The notes under the pieces are model-generated. The model ran no database searches. It saw only the letters and a program-made list of their open reading frames with translations, and was not told where the DNA came from. Positions 58,330 to 64,000 of a stretch of DNA of 64,000 nucleotides are shown one piece after another. Position 1 is the first letter of the stretch. The number at the start of each line of letters is the position of its first letter. A program made the translations under genes and the position numbers. Origin of the DNA: an uncultured Bacilli bacterium (lineage in GTDB: Bacteria > Bacillota_I > Bacilli_A > RFN20 > CAG-826); assembly GCA_944372115.1 (NCBI GenBank), contig CALVYH010000003.1, forward strand, positions 28,172 through 92,171, written 5' to 3'.

Positions 58330-59652
58330 TTATTTACCTACACAAAAACGAGAAAAAATTTCTTTCGCAATATCAAAATCATGATCTTCACCAATTAAAG
58401 ATAAAATAGAAAGATACATATCTTTAATATCAGCACTTAATAAATCAATTGATAAGTTATTTTCATTATCGTTTTTAACTTTTTTCATCATTTCTAAAAC
58501 ATTTTTTAAAATTCCAAGTTCTCTAACATTAGAAATTGATGGATTTATATAATTCTCTTTCGATAAATTTAATTCTTTTAAGATAGCTTTTTTAAGATTA
58601 TCAATTTCGTTATTTAAAGCCGAAATATATAGATGATTATCATCCTTTTCACTAATTAAATCAGCTTTATTATTAACAATGATGTATTTTTTATCTTTAA
58701 TTAAAGATAAAATTTCTTTGTCTTCATCATCAAATGTTGAATTGTCGAAAACAGCGATAACTAGATCGGCATCATTGAGCTTTTTAATACTTTTATTAAT
58801 ACCAATTCCTTCGATTAAATCATCGCTTTCTCTAATTCCAGCAGTATCAAAAAGATTAATAACTACTCCGTTAAGAATAAATTTACCTTCAACAACATCT
58901 CGAGTCGTTCCTTTGATATCGCTAACAATAGCTTTATCTTCATTTAATAAAGCATTTAAAATAGAAGATTTCCCAACATTAGGTTTGCCAACAATTGCAA
59001 CATTAATTCCGTCTCTAATAATGTTACCTTTATTACCATTTTTAATTAATTCTTCGATATATTTAATATTTTTAGACATTATTTCAGTAATTTTTTCTTT
59101 ATTAACTTCTTCAATGTCTTCATATTCAGGATAATCAATATTAACCTCGATTAAACTTAATAAATCCCCTAAATCTTTTTTAATAGGTTCAATTAATTTT
59201 GAGGTTGATCCATCTAAAGACATTAATGCAATTTTTTTAGCTTCTTTTGATTCAGCATTTATTAAATCGTTTATAGATTCTGCTTGAATTAAATCCATTT
59301 TTCCATTCATATATGCTCTAGAAGTAAATTCACCACCACTAGCTAGTCTAGCTCCATTTTTTAAAGCTAATTCAATAATATGATTAAAAATAATAGGCGA
59401 TCCATGTGAAATAATTTCGACACTATCTTCTCCAGTAAAAGATTTAGGCTCTTTATAAGCTAAAAGGACGACTTCATCAACTTTTTCTTCATTATCTAAT
59501 ATATATCCATGCATAATTGTAGATTTATCTACATTTATTCTTTTAGAAAAGAATGATGAACAAATTTTAAAACAATCTTCACCACTTAAACGAATAATAG
59601 CTAAAGCACTTCTCATTGGAGGTGTAGCGAGTGCAACAATAGTTTCTAACAT
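58330..59652 (-). CDS. mnmE: tRNA modification GTPase MnmE
   Basis: TIVALATP, GKPNVGKSS, GTTRD, DTAGIR, NKAD, terminal FCVGK. Confidence 0.97.
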   Translation of the reverse strand: MLETIVALATPPMRSALAIIRLSGEDCFKICSSFFSKRINVDKSTIMHGYILDNEEKVDEVVLLAYKEPKSFTGEDSVEIISHGSPIIFNHIIELALKNGARLASGGEFTSRAYMNGKMDLIQAESINDLINAESKEAKKIALMSLDGSTSKLIEPIKKDLGDLLSLIEVNIDYPEYEDIEEVNKEKITEIMSKNIKYIEELIKNGNKGNIIRDGINVAIVGKPNVGKSSILNALLNEDKAIVSDIKGTTRDVVEGKFILNGVVINLFDTAGIRESDDLIEGIGINKSIKKLNDADLVIAVFDNSTFDDEDKEILSLIKDKKYIIVNNKADLISEKDDNHLYISALNNEIDNLKKAILKELNLSKENYINPSISNVRELGILKNVLEMMKKVKNDNENNLSIDLLSADIKDMYLSILSLIGEDHDFDIAKEIFSRFCVGK

Positions 59653-59678
59653 ATATTGATTATATTAAAAAAGGAGAA

Positions 59679-60347
59679 TTAATTCTCCTTATTTTCTTCT
59701 CCTTGGTCAACTTCTTCAATATGGATGTTTGTTGTAGGAGCATTACCGCCAATATATTTGACTACGATAGCTCTATCTTTTCCATCACCAATTGATTCAG
59801 TTTTAATATTTTTCCATGTTGTCAAAGCGTTATGAACTTTCTTTCTTTCATCTGGAGTCATTGGTTCAAGTTTAATATCAACGTGAGTTCTTGAAACTTC
59901 TTTTGCAGCTCTTTTTGCAATTGAAACAACACGTGCATATTTTTTATCTTTATAATCACCAATATCTAATAAAATTCTGAATTTTCTTTTAAATTTAGAA
60001 GAAACAGCAAGTTTAGTTAATTCATTTAACGATTGTAATGTTTGGCCATTTTTACCAATTAATAATGAATTTCTATCAGTTTCAATTAAAATTTTGATTA
60101 ATCCATTTCTAAAAAATGCTTTTAACGAGACTTCAATTCCTAAACCATCTTTAATAACAGCTTTGATGTAATTTTGAGCATATTCAATAACATCAGCAGT
60201 ATCATAAACAGCAATAACAGCTTTTTTTGTAAATAATCCTTTTTTCTCTTCCTCTACTTCATAAAGTAATTCTTCAATAGGAAGATTTAATTCTGTACTA
60301 GCGCTTTTTAAAGCATCTTCGACAGTTTTTGCACTAAATCTTTTCAT
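59679..60347 (-). CDS. jag: Jag/KhpB (EloR) RNA-binding protein
   Basis: Jag N-domain AKTVEDAL, KH IGKNGQTL, R3H ERKKVH. Confidence 0.92.
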   Translation of the reverse strand: MKRFSAKTVEDALKSASTELNLPIEELLYEVEEEKKGLFTKKAVIAVYDTADVIEYAQNYIKAVIKDGLGIEVSLKAFFRNGLIKILIETDRNSLLIGKNGQTLQSLNELTKLAVSSKFKRKFRILLDIGDYKDKKYARVVSIAKRAAKEVSRTHVDIKLEPMTPDERKKVHNALTTWKNIKTESIGDGKDRAIVVKYIGGNAPTTNIHIEEVDQGEENKEN

Positions 60348-60350
60348 TTT

Positions 60351-62162
60351 TTATTTAACTCCTCTTTTAACAAATGCGAAATGTAAAATTAAACTTTGTA
60401 AAATTGAGAATATTGCACCAGCAAACCAATAAACACCCATTGCTGCAGGAAGATTAAAGCCCATAATAATTATGAAAATTGTCATAACCCATTGGGTAAT
60501 TTTCATAGTTCTTTGGCTCTTATTCATTGCATCAGAATTAACTGTTTTAGCAACATTCTTATTTCTCTTTTTATTTAACCATTGTGGTAAAAGCATAGAA
60601 ACAATTTGTGAAGCACTCATTAAAATAATTAAGACTAAAGCAGTCCACCATCCACCTTGAGATGGCCAATTTGCAAAATTAGTCAAAGCACTCCAAATTG
60701 AATCAGAAAGATTTAATCCTAAAACAGCATCGGTAGCTAAAGATGCACTTCCTTGTAATGCATTCCAAACACAAATAAATAATGGGAATTGAATAATAAT
60801 TACGAGCATAGACATAAATGGATGTACTTTATGCTTTTTATAAAGAGCTGCTTGAGCTTGAGCAAATCTTTGTTTATCGTAATCATTTGTATTAGAATTT
60901 GGATATTTTTGTTGTAATTTAGCAATTTCTGGTTGTAAATATGACATTTTTTGTTGTGATAAAGTAGATGGGAAAGTAACTGCCATAAATAAGAATCTAA
61001 CAATAAGAGTCATTAATAAGACAGCACCAACTTGACCCCAACCATTCATTCCAAAAGCATGGGATAAATTTTCGACGCCAACACCAATTGGATAGACAAG
61101 TAATCCTTCTAAGAAACCATGTTTAGAAAAAGCTTCTCCCCATCCTTGCCAGAAATCAACAGCTTTTCCTTCAATTTTAACAGTATTATTGAGTGGATCG
61201 TTTGTTAAATTACCATAGAATCCTTCTTCAACAGTAATACACGTTCTAACATTCATTACTTTTTGATCAAGTAAAGTTTTATAAGCTTTTATAAAGTTAG
61301 TGGTCATAACACCATTAACACCAACTTCACCATTAGCAATTTCATCGTTCCAATTATTTAAATTTTTATAATAATCAATTGTTTCGTTGCCATTTTCATC
61401 AGTTGATAATCCATAATGTTTTAAATATCCATAATTAGCTAAAATAGATTTTTCTTCTCTTTCTTGGCGCATTGTATCTAATAATTCATTTTTTTCTGCA
61501 CCATTTTCTAATCCCTTATATCTTTCTAATTCTGCTTCACTATATCCATATAAAGCACTATAAGTTAAATTAGAAAAATCGCTATAAATCATAGTATCAA
61601 TAACGCTCATTTGTGAATTAGCTTCATTAACAATTAAAGTTAAAGTTTTTTGATCTAATTCATTATAAAAACCATAAGAAGGAACGATATATCCTTGTGT
61701 AGTTGCATTATTAAATAATTCAATAGTTAAATCATTTAAACCAACATACATTGTATAAGTTGTTTCGTTTTCATCTTCTTCATTAGTTTTTAAACTAACT
61801 CTAAGTTCACCAGCATTAACTGAAATAAGATTTTCATTGTAAGATTTAAATAATCTATTTTTAAACTCCTCACTATCTTCTAAATAAGTAACTTTTCCTT
61901 TATCATCAACAAATTCAAGCTCATCGATAGTTAATAATTTACTACTTAAACCTGTTGAAGATTGGAAATCTACTAATAATTCGTCAATAGCAAAATTTTC
62001 TACATCATTTGATGCAGAATAAAAAGTTGTATTAATAGGGTCATATGCATATCTAAAATTTGAAGTATCAGCTACACTACAGAAAGAGTTACAGGAAGCT
62101 AAAATTAAAGCGACTCCTACTCCTCCTGAAATTGCAAGTGTATTTCTTAAACTTTTTTTCAT
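60351..62162 (-). CDS. yidC: membrane protein insertase YidC with large extracellular domain
   Basis: LAS-C lipobox; TLIVR, QPEIAKLQQKY, IIQFPLF, PAAMGVYW; between rnpA and jag. Confidence 0.93.
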   Translation of the reverse strand: MKKSLRNTLAISGGVGVALILASCNSFCSVADTSNFRYAYDPINTTFYSASNDVENFAIDELLVDFQSSTGLSSKLLTIDELEFVDDKGKVTYLEDSEEFKNRLFKSYNENLISVNAGELRVSLKTNEEDENETTYTMYVGLNDLTIELFNNATTQGYIVPSYGFYNELDQKTLTLIVNEANSQMSVIDTMIYSDFSNLTYSALYGYSEAELERYKGLENGAEKNELLDTMRQEREEKSILANYGYLKHYGLSTDENGNETIDYYKNLNNWNDEIANGEVGVNGVMTTNFIKAYKTLLDQKVMNVRTCITVEEGFYGNLTNDPLNNTVKIEGKAVDFWQGWGEAFSKHGFLEGLLVYPIGVGVENLSHAFGMNGWGQVGAVLLMTLIVRFLFMAVTFPSTLSQQKMSYLQPEIAKLQQKYPNSNTNDYDKQRFAQAQAALYKKHKVHPFMSMLVIIIQFPLFICVWNALQGSASLATDAVLGLNLSDSIWSALTNFANWPSQGGWWTALVLIILMSASQIVSMLLPQWLNKKRNKNVAKTVNSDAMNKSQRTMKITQWVMTIFIIIMGFNLPAAMGVYWFAGAIFSILQSLILHFAFVKRGVK

Positions 62163-62173
62163 TTAAATTCCCC

Positions 62174-62494
62174 TTAAATATCTCTAAATATATTTTTAAA
62201 CATTTCGAAATTTTCGTTGTATTTAGAAATATCGTAATTTTTTGATATTAAAATAATTAAATCTATATTTTTTGTATAATCAGTCAATTGATCAATCATA
62301 CTTCTTATTTGCCTTTTGATTTTGTTTCTAATTACAGCATTTCCATTTTTTTTACTAACTAATAAACCAATTCTGGTATATCCATATTCATTTTTACGAA
62401 AATATATAATGAAAAGTGCGTTTCGTTTAAATTTTCTAAGATTTAATATTTCTTTATATTCGAGATATTTTTTAATAGTATTTTTTTTCTTCAT
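62174..62494 (-). CDS. rnpA: ribonuclease P protein component
   Basis: RIGLLVSKKNGNAVIRNKIKR (RNR motif). Confidence 0.95.
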   Translation of the reverse strand: MKKKNTIKKYLEYKEILNLRKFKRNALFIIYFRKNEYGYTRIGLLVSKKNGNAVIRNKIKRQIRSMIDQLTDYTKNIDLIILISKNYDISKYNENFEMFKNIFRDI

Positions 62495-62510
62495 TAAAAC
62501 AGCAAAAAAA

Positions 62511-62657
62511 TTAGTTATATAAAGAAACGACTAATTGTTTTCTTCCTTTTCTTCTTCTAGCTGCTAAAACTTTTCTTCCATTAGCGGTAGACATTCTTGC
62601 TCTAAAGCCATGTGTTCTCATTTTGTGTAATTTACTAGGTTGATAAGTTCTTTTCAT
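62511..62657 (-). CDS. rpmH: 50S ribosomal protein L34
   Basis: Hand translation [48 protein letters not shown]; AAGGAG RBS; not in the ORF track (48 aa). Confidence 0.97.
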   Translation of the reverse strand: MKRTYQPSKLHKMRTHGFRARMSTANGRKVLAARRRKGRKQLVVSLYN

Positions 62658-62659
62658 AT

Positions 62660-63087
62660 CGTTTACGTCTCCTTTTCAAGCATTAAGAATTATATATGTA
62701 TATATACATATATGTCAAATTCATTTAATATTTTATTGCATATTTAAATTGCTTTCTAAAAAGAAATTTAAAATAAAAAATAATCAACATTAGTGTGTAT
62801 AACTATACATTTAAAAATGTTAAAAATGTAAAGATATGCGATATTTATCTTTAAAATTTATGTTGAAAACTTTTTTTGTGTTGAAAACTTTCCACATTTT
62901 TAAATGTTGAAAAGCAATTTAAATAAGTTTTCCACACTCTTTCCACATTTTATTTTGTTGAAAACAACAAATAAACGATGTTATTCGTATATATTTTTAA
63001 ATTTTAATGTTGAAAACTTTTTCTTCACACTTATTCTTATTTAAAAATAATTTTAAAGTGATAAAATTTATCAAAATAAGAAATTTT
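62660..63087. other. oriC / dnaA promoter region with DnaA-box cluster
   Basis: rpmH-dnaA intergenic region. TTATACACA (minus, 62794-62802), TTTTCCACA (62928), CTTTCCACA (62888, 62939), TTCTTCACA (63021), and TGTTGAAAA at 62861, 62879, 62905, 62956, 63008. Confidence 0.85.
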
Positions 63088-64000
63088 ATGGATATTAGTA
63101 ATTTAAACACACAAAGAGAAATTTGGGATAAAGTTTTAAAAACGATTGATAAAAATGGAAAAACTCCTCGTGGTGCTTCCACTTTTTTTAAGAAAACTTT
63201 TATTCATACAGTGCAAGGAAATAAGATAATTGTTGGTTGTGAAAATGAAACCACTGCTAATGTTTTAAAAAATAATTTTAAAGATCTTTTCCTAGCAAAT
63301 GTGTCAACAGTTACTGGGACTAATTTTGATATAGTTTTTGTCCCGTTAACTGAATTGAGCGTTAAATCAAAAGATGACATTATTAAAGAAAATGAGCCAA
63401 AGTTTTTTAAAGGTTGTTATTTAAATCCAGATTTTACTTTTGAAAGATTCGTTGAAGGCCCATGTAATACCCAAGCTAGACAAGGTGCATTGTTAGTAGC
63501 TTCTAATTTAGGCAAAATGTATAACCCTTTCTATATACAAGGAGATTCAGGACTTGGTAAAACTCATTTATTGCATGCTATTGCCCATTTCATTAGGGAA
63601 AATTTTCCCGAAAAGAAAGTTTTATGCATTTCTTCTCAAAATTTCTTTGATGAGTATATTAATTTTGCAAAAAATGCCACAAATGATTTGAATTTAACAG
63701 ATTATTTAAAATCGTTTGATGTTCTTTTGATTGACGATATTCAACAATTAAAAGGAAAAGAAAAAACATTAGATTATTTCTTTGATATTTATCAATATTT
63801 TATTAATAATAATCGTCAAATAGTTTTGACAAGTGATAGACCACAAAATGAATTAGCTGGTATTCCAAATAGATTAATCACTCGTTTTTTACAAGGCTTA
63901 ACTGTTTCGATTTCTAAACCTGATTTTTCCACGTGTAAACAAATTTTATTGAAAAAAATCGAATTTTCTCAATTAGAAAAAGATTTTATTATCGAAGATG
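63088..64000 (+). CDS. dnaA: chromosomal replication initiator DnaA (partial, runs off window)
   Basis: Hand translation MDISNLNTQREIWDKVL...LNPDFTFERFVEGPCN...YNPFYIQGDSGLGKTHLLHAI...LLIDDIQ...LTSDRP. Confidence 0.96.
   Translation, partial: MDISNLNTQREIWDKVLKTIDKNGKTPRGASTFFKKTFIHTVQGNKIIVGCENETTANVLKNNFKDLFLANVSTVTGTNFDIVFVPLTELSVKSKDDIIKENEPKFFKGCYLNPDFTFERFVEGPCNTQARQGALLVASNLGKMYNPFYIQGDSGLGKTHLLHAIAHFIRENFPEKKVLCISSQNFFDEYINFAKNATNDLNLTDYLKSFDVLLIDDIQQLKGKEKTLDYFFDIYQYFINNNRQIVLTSDRPQNELAGIPNRLITRFLQGLTVSISKPDFSTCKQILLKKIEFSQLEKDFIIED

Noticed and set aside
62855-63030. Repeated TGTTGAAAAC units as a CRISPR array
   Set aside because: The repeats are only 9-10 bp with irregular spacing, lie between rpmH and dnaA, and no cas genes are present; better explained as DnaA boxes.
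2588-63182. Short alternative-frame or antisense ORFs in the track (e.g. 2588-2806, 3294-3521, 10384-10593, 16018-16272, 37728-37961, 38205-38561, 53496-53699, 58679-59134, 62997-63182)
   Set aside because: They overlap well-supported genes or oriC and show no motifs; most likely shadow ORFs.
1-64000. Mycoplasma-type UGA=Trp recoding, suggested by AT-richness and Mollicute-like gene content
   Set aside because: Long conserved genes translate fully in the standard code with TGG for Trp, and TGA appears as the terminal stop (e.g. 30092-30094 and 17818-17820 on the minus strand).

Overview
Very AT-rich chromosomal window (roughly a quarter GC by eye, standard genetic code, many LAS-C/LTS-C lipoproteins) that looks like a reduced-genome Bacilli lineage (RF39/RFN20/Erysipelotrichales-like; the taxonomy is inference). 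The right end holds the replication origin region: rpmH, a DnaA-box cluster and a partial dnaA. Moving left there is a housekeeping run (rnpA, yidC, jag, mnmE, tatD, rnmV, rsmA, ispE, ppdK, pth, mfd, yabO, tilS, ftsH, dusB, lysS, trxB, nudF). The left ~24.7 kb is one co-directional minus-strand block. In transcription order it carries a SIR2-domain gene, five tandem divergent RDD-family membrane proteins with large extracellular inserts, a CUT1 ABC importer, a thermonuclease/OB-fold lipoprotein, a non-catalytic multi-OB-fold lipoprotein, a nucleotidase lipoprotein and a second paralogous CUT1 importer. I read this block as a candidate surface system for capturing, digesting and importing extracellular nucleic acid, possibly with an undescribed multi-RDD membrane component. 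Also notable: a recurrent parS-like palindrome variant (nTTTCCACGTGGAAAn) seen only in the origin-proximal 30 kb, non-canonical DnaA boxes, and a Phd-PIN toxin-antitoxin pair. I saw no rRNA, tRNA, CRISPR array, transposase or prophage.
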